From the IMG/VR virus record IMGVR_UViG_3300028888_000047, positions 192,001 through 256,000 of that record: 64,000 nucleotides of DNA. One strand, 5' to 3'. The notes under the pieces are model-generated. The model was not told the DNA's origin, ran no database searches, and worked only from the letters and a program-made list of their open reading frames with translations. This document shows positions 21,334 to 31,120 of this stretch, piece after piece; the stretch's first letter is position 1, and every line of letters begins with the position of its first letter. Position numbers and translations under genes: made by a program. Source of the stretch: a virus (taxonomy: Duplodnaviria > Caudoviricetes).

Positions 21334-21961
21334 CTGCAACATTTTTATTTCTTTTATTATTAACAAAGTCTTGCAAAGTTTCAAGCAATTTTTCATCTTT
21401 AATTACACTATCTAAAGAATCATATTCCTTATCAGCTTTACATTCCTTATCTACATTATTTAAAACTTTAATTACATACGTATTATGATTTGTATTGTTA
21501 AAATATTCAATTATTTCTTTATTTCCAGTAATTACAACATCATACTCATCACGTATTTCATCAATAGATTTAGGGAATATTATCTTTCTTACTCTTGTTC
21601 CAATCTTACTTAAAAAGAAATAACTTGATTGGATTGTTAATGAATCTTCCTTTAAGCTAAAGAATGAAATCTCAACTTCATCTTCCTCATAATTTGTAAG
21701 TTCAGATAACCAATTATTTATCAGTACAGGCAACTCCTTGCTCATTGTTTTGGCGCAACCATATAACTCATATGGATAATCAATATAAATGAAATCATTT
21801 TTCTCATCCAACGAATTAAACTTGGCATATTTAAAAACATCATCCTTTTCGTCAATATCTTCAATTTCCAATGTTGGGTCAATATCCTTTTGATAATATT
21901 TCAAAATCTGTTTGTTTATATTTCTTACAACATGATTTAATTCTATTCCTATTTTAATCAT
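21317..21961 (-). CDS. HAD-fold 5'(3')-nucleotidase-like protein, catalytic Asp motif degenerate
   Basis: MIKIGIELNHVVRN in place of IGIDxDGV. Confidence 0.5.
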   Translation of the reverse strand: MIKIGIELNHVVRNINKQILKYYQKDIDPTLEIEDIDEKDDVFKYAKFNSLDEKNDFIYIDYPYELYGCAKTMSKELPVLINNWLSELTNYEEDEVEISFFSLKEDSLTIQSSYFFLSKIGTRVRKIIFPKSIDEIRDEYDVVITGNKEIIEYFNNTNHNTYVIKVLNNVDKECKADKEYDSLDSVIKDEKLLETLQDFVNNKRNKNVADGKTN

Positions 21962-22013
21962 TTTTCTATTTTTATTTTATAAAAAATATTATTAATTATT
22001 TTCAAGTAAATAA

Positions 22014-22877
22014 TTATTCTTCAACAATCGGTCCATTAATAAATTCTTTTTTTTCCTTCTTCTTATACTTTTCTTCCAACTCTGCGTTAAAAAACTTATC
22101 AGTCAAATCTATTACAGTATAATCTTTCCATTGATATAACAATTTAAATTCTCCATTTTCATGATGTACGCCAATTAATTCAGGAGATACAAATGAATAA
22201 GAAACCACGTCAGGTTGCCTATCGGTAGCCTTAAATGTTGTGAAATTCATGCACATAATTGATGAGGCAAAATCATTTCTGCTCAAACCATACGTATCAT
22301 TCCTATTGAAGATTTCTTCCAATTTTTCAAGCTCAGTTACAAATGGTTTTGACTTGAATTCCTGTGGATTTCTAACATCACTAAAATGTAACGTGGTTAC
22401 TGCTTTTTCTCCATCTTTAATCAATACATCAACCAAAGTCAAAAACTCTTGAAGCTTAAATCTAACAGGAGAGATATAATCAATTCTTACTGTGTATTTA
22501 TCAACACCATATGAATCAACTCTACTTAATTCAGTTAAAACATCATCACAAATTAATTTATTTTCTTGAGAAAACTTAATTGTTTTATTATTTTCTTTTT
22601 TTTCTTCTTTCTTAACAGCCACCCCATGGCCAACATATTCGTAGTTATTAGTCTCTCTATCAACCTTATATGTTCTATACCTTAACTCTTCTACCTCTTT
22701 GGTTATTTCTCCCTTTAAAAGGTGCTTAGCAACCCTTTTATCATTCACTTGTTGCTGAACAACAGTGTCATTACCAATACCTGAATTATTTGAACCCATA
22801 ATTTCAGTATCAGCAGCCTTTAAACCAAACGGAAGAGAATAAAATATATTTTTTAATTTATTAAATAGTTTATTCAT
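22014..22877 (-). CDS. hypothetical protein
   Basis: Start reassigned to MNKLFN. Confidence 0.7.
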   Translation of the reverse strand: MNKLFNKLKNIFYSLPFGLKAADTEIMGSNNSGIGNDTVVQQQVNDKRVAKHLLKGEITKEVEELRYRTYKVDRETNNYEYVGHGVAVKKEEKKENNKTIKFSQENKLICDDVLTELSRVDSYGVDKYTVRIDYISPVRFKLQEFLTLVDVLIKDGEKAVTTLHFSDVRNPQEFKSKPFVTELEKLEEIFNRNDTYGLSRNDFASSIMCMNFTTFKATDRQPDVVSYSFVSPELIGVHHENGEFKLLYQWKDYTVIDLTDKFFNAELEEKYKKKEKKEFINGPIVEE

Positions 22878-23124
22878 ATAATTTAAACAATTTATCTTCA
22901 ATAATTGCATTTATGCTCATTAAAAGTCCTGATAACTTATTTCTCCTATCATGCATCGCTTTAACTTCTGTTGGCATTTTCAAAAATGCCCTATCGTCAT
23001 TTAATGTGGCATAAGTTGTTAAATTCTTATCATAATCATTGCATATAGAAGCCACTAAAGCCCTCAATGATGCCAAATCTTCAATAGATTTATTTGACAA
23101 ATATTTATTTAATTTTCCATCCAT
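22870..23124 (-). CDS. hypothetical protein
   Basis: 84-aa helical ORF. Confidence 0.65.
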   Translation of the reverse strand: MDGKLNKYLSNKSIEDLASLRALVASICNDYDKNLTTYATLNDDRAFLKMPTEVKAMHDRRNKLSGLLMSINAIIEDKLFKLYE

Positions 23125-23247
23125 ACAAACATTTTATTAAACTTTTTATTTCTTCTTCCTTTGTTTTTGAAGGATAAAACTTCATTTCCCACTTTCCGCC
23201 ACATCGTATTGGCTCATATTCTATATTTAACTTCATCAACAAATTTT

Positions 23248-23949
23248 TTATTTATTCTTTTTATCCTTTTCAACATCAATTGGATATACATCTTTATATT
23301 TCTCATTAATATATTCCCTTGTTGTATACCAACCTTCTCTCATTTGGCCAACAGAATTATGGGCAAGCCTGATGTTAGTTGTTACACCAATCTTAGTCTT
23401 ACCATCCAAATAGTTATCCAAACACATTGAAATATCATAAAAATCAAAACGTGTGTTTTGGTCAAACTCCTTTGTTATCCTCTTTCTATGTACAGCCATA
23501 AATAAACCATCAATCACGCAAACTTCTTGCAAATCTTTATCCAACAATGGGGAGAAAGATGTTAACCATGACTTTCCTTCGTGACGATGCAAAACCTGTC
23601 CATATTTCTTATCATATTGCCACCATGCCGCCCTTTCATCAAACTGTGCGGAACCGGCAACTCCAATAATGCCATAATCCTCGTGGTCGTTGAATAACTT
23701 TAATATTTCTCTACCCCAACCTTTTCTGAGAAATTCAATATCATCATGAATGAACACAATAATATCATTTTCTGTTTTTTCCGGTGATAATAAAGAATTA
23801 TATATCTCAGATAAACCTACACCATCCGGATTGAACATAAAATACGTGTGAGCATTGCATTCACAAGTATCTTTTATGTGTTCAACAATTTTTTTCTTAA
23901 CCTCATCATTGTTTCTTGAACAAACTACAACTGAAATACTATTTTCCAT
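23248..23949 (-). CDS. glycosyltransferase-like protein (GT-A)
   Basis: ISVVVCS, VFIHDD, IIGVAG, IDGLFMA, FDFYD motifs. Confidence 0.8.
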   Translation of the reverse strand: MENSISVVVCSRNNDEVKKKIVEHIKDTCECNAHTYFMFNPDGVGLSEIYNSLLSPEKTENDIIVFIHDDIEFLRKGWGREILKLFNDHEDYGIIGVAGSAQFDERAAWWQYDKKYGQVLHRHEGKSWLTSFSPLLDKDLQEVCVIDGLFMAVHRKRITKEFDQNTRFDFYDISMCLDNYLDGKTKIGVTTNIRLAHNSVGQMREGWYTTREYINEKYKDVYPIDVEKDKKNK

Positions 23950-24019
23950 TATATACTTTTTTATAAAAAATAAAAATTATTTCAAAAAAATAAATATTTA
24001 TGAATAAATAATACGTATT

Positions 24020-25918
24020 ATGAATACAATAGAATTAAACGAAGGTAAATACAAAGTAAGCATAAGTAATGTTATAAGTAACGCTTGCAAAAATAATATT
24101 TCAGCATATTCAACACAAGGTTGGATTACTGGTATAAATTTTAACAATTCAAACACGTTAGAATTTAATGTAAGCCGTAACACCGGTGCCGCTACAAGAA
24201 ATGGACAAATAACCCTATCTGTGAATGGAAATAGTTGTGCAAATAGCGGTGGCATAATAAACATAAGGCAGAAAAAAGGAAGTGATACGTGTAGTGCCAC
24301 GATAAACCAAACAGTTGAAACATTGGCTAAAACCGGTGTCCCTGCTGATACAGAAGTAGGAACATGTACATTTATATGTGATAATTTAACAATTACTGAT
24401 TATGAATTTGTAACAAGATATGGAAGCGACAGCTTTAAGTTAAAATTGGTAAGCATTCCTTCCGGCAATAAGCAATATTTCATAAAAACAGTAAATTATT
24501 TACCACAAAATGACTCATCTATACTTAAAACATTTGCGTTAGATTTAACTCATATACCTACAGGACAACAAATTGGTGATACATTATGGTTCTCACAAGA
24601 TTGTATGAGTTGTTCAGATGGTTGCAGTGGAAGTAATATAACATATACACCGCAAACAATTGCTTTAGACCCATGCGGCGCTGAAAGTACTGGTCCGTTG
24701 GCTTATTTCAGCTTTTCTGAATGCGATTCCAGTACGGTAGATGCCAGCAAACTCGAACTTGTTGTGTCTAATAACTCATGGAATGATTTTTATGTTAGTT
24801 GGAATGCCGGTATGAACGCAGGAACAATAGCGGCTCATAGTTATGAGCGTAACATCAACGCAAAAAGAAGCGTAATAGTTTGGCCTAGATATGATGGGGT
24901 ATATGCGCCAGGAGAAGGGTTTACATTTGAACAAGAAAAATGCGAACTTGTTTGTAATGCTACAATAGACCAAGACATAGAAACATTAAGCAAAGATGGT
25001 GTTCCTGAAAACGTTGTGCTTGGAACTTGCACTTTTATATGCGATACATTAGTTATTGGAGATTATGAATTCGTCAGAACAAGCGGGGATAGCTCTTTAA
25101 CACTAAAGTTGGTGAGCACGTCTTCTGGTACAAAGCAATATCTTATAGAAACAGCAGCATATTTGCCACGAAACGAAACCGGAGGTGAAAGAGCGTATTC
25201 TTTTGACTTAACACATACGCCAACAGGCCAAAAAATTGGAAGCACATTAAATTTCGTTCAACAATACGAACACGAGCCAATACCATGTACGGCTGATGAT
25301 ATAGTATATGATGCTACACCAGTTGCACTAGATTGGGAAGGTCTATCTGCCGGTGGCGCTCGCCAAAAAATATGTGAATTCACATTCAATAGATGCGAGA
25401 GTGTTGACAAAACAAAACTTGGTGTAAGTGGAGAAGAATCGTGGATGAACTTCGAGGTTGAATGGGATTCAGTTGCTGGTCACGCTAACGTTTATGCCAC
25501 TCACTATGATGGATATACATCTTCTAAAGGAGCAGGAAATTATAGAATATGGCCAGAATATGATGGAGAAGACGCTGGCGGCGGAGAAATTAAATTATCT
25601 TATTTATTTGACGTAAATATAACACAAACGATTGAAACATTGGCTAAAACCGGTGTCCCTGCTGATACGGTAGTAGCAGAATGTGTATTTAACAACGGAA
25701 ATGCTGTTAATCTTACTAATTACGAAATAGTTCCAAAAGGCGGTAGTAGCGCGTTAAAACTCGGATTTGTACAAAGATATAGCGGAACTTATAGCATTGT
25801 GTTGACTGAAGCCTTGCCTCAAAACACCACAACAGGTGCCATACAATTTGGAATGATAATAAAACAAACGGTTTTAGACCAACAAGTTGGGGAAACAATG
25901 TGGTTTACACAAAATTAA
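24020..25918 (+). CDS. BACON plus internally repeated adhesin-like virion protein
   Basis: N-terminal BACON-like NTGAATRNGQIT; three copies of an I.QT.ETL.K.GVP module alternating with a second module. Confidence 0.75.
   Translation: MNTIELNEGKYKVSISNVISNACKNNISAYSTQGWITGINFNNSNTLEFNVSRNTGAATRNGQITLSVNGNSCANSGGIINIRQKKGSDTCSATINQTVETLAKTGVPADTEVGTCTFICDNLTITDYEFVTRYGSDSFKLKLVSIPSGNKQYFIKTVNYLPQNDSSILKTFALDLTHIPTGQQIGDTLWFSQDCMSCSDGCSGSNITYTPQTIALDPCGAESTGPLAYFSFSECDSSTVDASKLELVVSNNSWNDFYVSWNAGMNAGTIAAHSYERNINAKRSVIVWPRYDGVYAPGEGFTFEQEKCELVCNATIDQDIETLSKDGVPENVVLGTCTFICDTLVIGDYEFVRTSGDSSLTLKLVSTSSGTKQYLIETAAYLPRNETGGERAYSFDLTHTPTGQKIGSTLNFVQQYEHEPIPCTADDIVYDATPVALDWEGLSAGGARQKICEFTFNRCESVDKTKLGVSGEESWMNFEVEWDSVAGHANVYATHYDGYTSSKGAGNYRIWPEYDGEDAGGGEIKLSYLFDVNITQTIETLAKTGVPADTVVAECVFNNGNAVNLTNYEIVPKGGSSALKLGFVQRYSGTYSIVLTEALPQNTTTGAIQFGMIIKQTVLDQQVGETMWFTQN
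24315..25668 (+). repeat. 37-bp perfect direct repeat inside the adhesin gene
   Basis: TTGAAACATTGGCTAAAACCGGTGTCCCTGCTGATAC at 24315-24351 and 25632-25668. Confidence 0.85.
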
Positions 25919-25924
25919 CAGCAA

Positions 25925-25963
25925 AAAAAATGAGCAACCAATCAAGGTTGCTCATTTTTATAT
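25925..25963. terminator. terminator hairpin; left copy of a 39-bp inverted repeat
   Basis: AAAAATGAGCAACC-AATCAA-GGTTGCTCATTTTT; exact reverse complement of 28598-28636. Confidence 0.85.
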
Positions 25964-26035
25964 ATTGTTCCCTTTTTTAACAAAACATTAAATGAAATTT
26001 CTATAATATTTATAATTAAAAATTAATGTTTATTT

Positions 26036-28576
26036 ATGAGCTATTTTTATAATATAGTAAAAGGACAGACATTAGTGTTAAAATGGTCTGTCGATTCTAG
26101 TAGTTGTAGCGGAACTTCTGTATCATGGAGTATGAGTGATATAGTGGAAAGCCCTCCTACAGCACAAGGAGAAGAATTTTTTGCTGTTTCAATAAACACC
26201 ACAACAAGTACAATAACCATAAGTAGTGACTCTGAGGATACTGTAGCGCATGAGGTGTATTTAAGTCCTTCTATCAACAGCAATAAATGTGAAAGCCTTA
26301 TAACAGTAAGACAAGAAGGAACAACACCTACGCCAGGTTGTGAGTGTATAAGCACAATACAAATTCCTACAATAAATGCAAGTGGTGCTTCAGCAAATAG
26401 CGTCATAGGTACTATGACATTAGCTGAAGGATGTTCATTTAGCAATGTTTCATTCACATCATCAACACTTTCACTTTCAGTTGATGGAAACGGTAATGTA
26501 AAAACACTAAATGTAATTCCAGAAACAAATACCGGAGCTTCTTTCAATGTAGAAGTATATTACAATGGAACTAAATGCCGTGATATTACAATAACACAGA
26601 CAGCGGCAGAATGTGGCTGTTCAATGGCAGCATACTATATAGACATGTTCCAATCATCATGGGGCGTATCTGGAAGTTGTGAAAGTTCTGGATGTAATAA
26701 TGTATTGATTGGAAGCGGTCATACTGAATGTGGTTATTTAGTGCCGACATGTAACTCTGATATGCTAGATGGCGGAGAAATGACGTACTCTCATGATTCA
26801 AATGGATTTTATTTCTACGGCACGATTTTGAAAAATAATACAGGACTCGTTCGTGCTGCTGGTGTTACATTTACGTTAGTTGGTAATGATGGACAAATAA
26901 TAGAAAGTGGATGTAATATTAACGCACAGCTAATACAAGCAAGAGGAACAAATTCTTCATGTAATTGCAAAAATTTCGAACATAAAAAATATCCATATGA
27001 TGCTGATACTGCTGACTTTTCATCTGAGTATCGCTATTATTTTTGCTTTTATAAATCGCAAACATATAATCCAACATACTACTTCCGTGCTCTTAGATTT
27101 TCTAAAAATAATTGGAACAATTTTGTAAATAAATTTGGTCATGGAGGAGAATATGAGGGAAAACTATTTATAGGTACTACTCCATATTCTGAATATACTA
27201 TTTGCGATGGACGTGCTATTGGAACTGAAATAGCATATATAGACCCATATATAGAAAATCTGTTTGACCACGTAGAAAGCGCAAGCGGTATTACACTTTA
27301 TCCAAAACATTTGGAAAGCGAAGAACTAAATGAATATTTCGACCAATCAAATTGCAATCCAGATTATTCAGACTATTCAAGCGGTCATAAAATAACTCTA
27401 AAGCATAGAGTAGACGCACAAATTAATGGTGATGAAATCGTATTGGGAACTTTATGTGATAAAGAATATGATTATTACCTATATTTTGATGTATGCGCGG
27501 TTTGTTACTGTGTGTTTGAGAAACAAAATGATATGATTTCTCAATATCCAATCGACCCTGTTGTAATTGGACCAGACTATAATTTCCTCTACTATTATGG
27601 AGACGAAAACTGGCTGACGGATAATAACTTATGGGATAATGATTCGTGGGATTCATCTGAGCACGCATATACAGAACACCCCTCATGGCTTCATGTTGAA
27701 AAATTAACAAATCCAGATTACCCAGATGAGCCTTACTATATGATTAGCGCACAAACAAATGACACTGGAGAAGAAAGAATAGCTTTAGTTTTACTACCTG
27801 ATAAATGTGATGATGATTATTTCTTTAGGTTCACACAAGAGCCGTGCGATTGCGGCGAGTTCTATCAATATACTGATGGAAAACATGATGAAGGGTCAAG
27901 AACTTGGTATTGCGATGATGTATCAGAAAGTCTTGTATGGCAAAGAGAGTATTGTGTTAAAAAACAAGTGTTTCTTGTACCGGTTAGTGGAGATACCACT
28001 CATTGGAATTTTAATATTACCACCAATGATGTTGGTAAAAGTAAAATTTTGGCAAAGCCAGTATCAAAAGCCACTACAGATGACGGAAGTACTTACTACA
28101 GGGGGCATTGGAAAGTTAAAATGGACACGGCTCCAATTTATGCTGCGCCAAATCATGAAGAGTACGTATGCCCAGATGGCACTCACTACGAAGAGGATTT
28201 GATATTGGAACATTATGATTGTTACATACCACCTACGCCAACTGCTGTATGCTCTTGTAACGACTTTAGAATAACAGGTAATGTTTCTGGTGGAGGAAGC
28301 TACAGTAATACGCCTCAAACAATAAATCTTGGTAATTTATCAATAAGTTGTATTAACGATAGGTGTGATGGAAGTGATGTTTATTTGTTTGCCACAACAA
28401 CGCAGTCAGAATATATATATCCAGACATCGATAGTAGCGGAAATGTCACTGTGAACATTTATGGTACTACTTTACCTATACCATCACAAAATGTAGCATT
28501 TGACATCCATTATGCGTATGATGGCGGAAGTAAAACATGTTATTATAGAAGCGTATTCTTCACATTAAATCAATAA
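26036..28576 (+). CDS. large Cys-rich modular adhesin-like virion protein
   Basis: 846 aa, repeated Q...CxC linkers, BACON-like segment NDTGEERIA. Confidence 0.75.
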   Translation: MSYFYNIVKGQTLVLKWSVDSSSCSGTSVSWSMSDIVESPPTAQGEEFFAVSINTTTSTITISSDSEDTVAHEVYLSPSINSNKCESLITVRQEGTTPTPGCECISTIQIPTINASGASANSVIGTMTLAEGCSFSNVSFTSSTLSLSVDGNGNVKTLNVIPETNTGASFNVEVYYNGTKCRDITITQTAAECGCSMAAYYIDMFQSSWGVSGSCESSGCNNVLIGSGHTECGYLVPTCNSDMLDGGEMTYSHDSNGFYFYGTILKNNTGLVRAAGVTFTLVGNDGQIIESGCNINAQLIQARGTNSSCNCKNFEHKKYPYDADTADFSSEYRYYFCFYKSQTYNPTYYFRALRFSKNNWNNFVNKFGHGGEYEGKLFIGTTPYSEYTICDGRAIGTEIAYIDPYIENLFDHVESASGITLYPKHLESEELNEYFDQSNCNPDYSDYSSGHKITLKHRVDAQINGDEIVLGTLCDKEYDYYLYFDVCAVCYCVFEKQNDMISQYPIDPVVIGPDYNFLYYYGDENWLTDNNLWDNDSWDSSEHAYTEHPSWLHVEKLTNPDYPDEPYYMISAQTNDTGEERIALVLLPDKCDDDYFFRFTQEPCDCGEFYQYTDGKHDEGSRTWYCDDVSESLVWQREYCVKKQVFLVPVSGDTTHWNFNITTNDVGKSKILAKPVSKATTDDGSTYYRGHWKVKMDTAPIYAAPNHEEYVCPDGTHYEEDLILEHYDCYIPPTPTAVCSCNDFRITGNVSGGGSYSNTPQTINLGNLSISCINDRCDGSDVYLFATTTQSEYIYPDIDSSGNVTVNIYGTTLPIPSQNVAFDIHYAYDGGSKTCYYRSVFFTLNQ

Positions 28577-28597
28577 TAACATAATAATTAAAAACAC

Positions 28598-28636
28598 ATA
28601 TAAAAATGAGCAACCTTGATTGGTTGCTCATTTTTT
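28598..28636. terminator. bidirectional terminator hairpin; right copy of the 39-bp inverted repeat
   Basis: AAAAATGAGCAACC-TTGATT-GGTTGCTCATTTTT between convergent genes. Confidence 0.85.
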
Positions 28637-28666
28637 ATTTTAGTAGATAACAAAATCATTTTATTG

Positions 28667-31054
28667 TTAAGTTTGTTCTGTTATAGTAATATTTCCGCAA
28701 TCACATGGACGAGCGTCTTGAGATAAACTAACAGTCTTTGTACAATCTGGATGTGAGCCAGATGTGAATGTAACTGTCAATGTTGCAGTTCTAGGTGTGC
28801 CTGAATTGTTTTGACTATTTGGAGTTATTGTTATTTTACCAGACCCGAGAGTTGCGGTGAAATTGCTAGGATTGCTTAATGATATATTACTTACGCAATT
28901 AGATGATGAAATAGTTACATCCTTAGCGGTTGTCGAACTCCAATCCCAAGTTAAACTTGTAGGGCTAAGAGACAACGCTCCGCAATCGCAATCGCAATCA
29001 GAAGGTCTTTGTTGTGTTACATTCCAATTAACTGTTATGTCACTAGAATTACAACCATTACTTCCACAAGACTTGTGGTTTGTCCACGTAAAGCTTCCAC
29101 TCTTTGCATAGTTATCGCAAGTTGCTGCCGCAAACGTAACTGTTGTGCTGCTTGTTCCATTACTTGTTAAAGCACTTGATACAGCACAAGTTGATGCTGT
29201 TGTCCAAGTAATGGCGCTGTATGCCCACGTTACAGATGCAGATGTGGCTGTAGAAGAAACAGTGCTTGCCGTTGCATTACCAACAAGATAACATACACAT
29301 GTTGTTGATGGGCAAGTACGAGGATTCTGTTTTACTTCGAAAGTCTTGTTGGTACAGCTACCACCATTTGCCGTATACACTACGGTAACGGTATCAGTAT
29401 AAGCTGTGGTATCTGTGTTATTACCCTTTGGACTAATATTTATAACGCCGTTTCCAAGACTAACATTAAAGTGTGTTGTGTTACTTACTGACATACTAAT
29501 GCAAGAACCAGAACTAACAGAAACTGTTTTAACATTTGTTTCATTATATTCCCACGCACTAGGAGCTGAACCGATAGATAGGTCATCACAACTACAGCAA
29601 CAAGGTCCTGCTGCTTGTGTTACTAAAGGTCTTGAAAGTTCAAGCGTGCCACCAATTATTCTTGATTGAATTTCTCTAGAAGAACTATTAGGGTTACAAC
29701 TGACAGCTGGTATTGGTGTATTAGTATTTGTGCCAGGTATTATTGATGTTGTACCATCGGCATTATGTACTTCACAAGTCCACCCTACTGACATTAAAGT
29801 GCTACTAGCTGCTGAGCAATTAACTACTACGTCATCATAAGTATATGCTGAAGTTACTTGGCAACAAGGTGCTCCTGTCACATAAATATGGCCATCTATC
29901 CATCCGCCGGCAGTGCTACAATTCCATGTTTTTGTATATGATACGTTTGTTCCCGCAGATGTCCATCCTACACAATTACCGCTACCGTCAATGTAGCCTC
30001 CGCTAAATGTATATGCTGTTGCTCCTACTGTTGCCGTTCCTGCTGTACAAGCAACTGTAACATCAGTATACGATGTAAATGGCTTTGGTGGGCAATCTGC
30101 ACACTGAGAGCATACTTGCCAACAAGAATCGCTATCATATAAGCCATCATATGTTGCCTCAAATGTAAATCTACTATCAGCAGCCGTAGTTACTTGGCAT
30201 TCATATGTATATGATGTTGCATTAAGATTAGAACTTACATCAAGAGTATTATCTTTTACTATGTTAACGTTTTCCTGCTGATAATCTCTGTTACATGTGT
30301 CAATATAATGTCTTTCAGTCCACGTGGTATAGTAGTATAACGCACTTGCGTATGAAGTTCCTCCCTTACAGTCAAAACTATATGGATAACATGACACGTC
30401 AACGCTTTGTCCACTAGACATTGAGTAGTCGTTGTAATGACTAAATTCTCTTACTTTTTGGCTTACTGCAACAGAATTTGATGTATAGTTGCACCCCCTC
30501 CAACTGATTGTACAATAGACAGAAGATGCATGTGTATCAGTGAAACTATCATTTATAGGGTATGTCTTCGTACCAGTACCACTACCATCAGTTCCATGCC
30601 AAGTTACGCCAAGTACGGTATCTACCTGTGTAGTAGAAGTGGCTGTCTTATTGCATTCCTTAGTGTATTTTCTGAAAGTAAGTGCCTTAGTTGTGGTGGT
30701 AGCGCCTCCACACTCTGAAACTATAGGAGAAGAGTTTGTTGTCACAAGACTCTCAAATGCCGTATATATCAATTTTAAGTCTTTCTTTGCAACACATTGG
30801 TTATTTGAATAACCGGGATTTATTACAATACCATCGACGTTATTTGACCAAGCATTATTACCACCATCACTGAAGTTTGGAATCAGAGTACCACCAGTTA
30901 GTTCGCCGTATGTGGGGCAGTATGAGTCATTACCAGTCACAGTTATAGTTGTACAACATGCACTTGGTATAGCTGCCACCAATTCTTTAAGATAACCAAT
31001 TGTAACGTTATGGTTACATGTTACCTCAAGGGAATTACAAGGTTCGCAATTCAT
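28667..31054 (-). CDS. Cys/Thr/Ser-rich BACON-repeat virion protein
   Basis: Start reassigned to MNCEPC; C-terminal BACON-like modules with CDCG linkers. Confidence 0.75.
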   Translation of the reverse strand: MNCEPCNSLEVTCNHNVTIGYLKELVAAIPSACCTTITVTGNDSYCPTYGELTGGTLIPNFSDGGNNAWSNNVDGIVINPGYSNNQCVAKKDLKLIYTAFESLVTTNSSPIVSECGGATTTTKALTFRKYTKECNKTATSTTQVDTVLGVTWHGTDGSGTGTKTYPINDSFTDTHASSVYCTISWRGCNYTSNSVAVSQKVREFSHYNDYSMSSGQSVDVSCYPYSFDCKGGTSYASALYYYTTWTERHYIDTCNRDYQQENVNIVKDNTLDVSSNLNATSYTYECQVTTAADSRFTFEATYDGLYDSDSCWQVCSQCADCPPKPFTSYTDVTVACTAGTATVGATAYTFSGGYIDGSGNCVGWTSAGTNVSYTKTWNCSTAGGWIDGHIYVTGAPCCQVTSAYTYDDVVVNCSAASSTLMSVGWTCEVHNADGTTSIIPGTNTNTPIPAVSCNPNSSSREIQSRIIGGTLELSRPLVTQAAGPCCCSCDDLSIGSAPSAWEYNETNVKTVSVSSGSCISMSVSNTTHFNVSLGNGVINISPKGNNTDTTAYTDTVTVVYTANGGSCTNKTFEVKQNPRTCPSTTCVCYLVGNATASTVSSTATSASVTWAYSAITWTTASTCAVSSALTSNGTSSTTVTFAAATCDNYAKSGSFTWTNHKSCGSNGCNSSDITVNWNVTQQRPSDCDCDCGALSLSPTSLTWDWSSTTAKDVTISSSNCVSNISLSNPSNFTATLGSGKITITPNSQNNSGTPRTATLTVTFTSGSHPDCTKTVSLSQDARPCDCGNITITEQT

Positions 31055-31120
31055 TTTATTTATTTTCAGTTTTTTGGTAAGAGCCACACAGAAACCCATG
31101 TGGCTCATTATTATTTTTAT

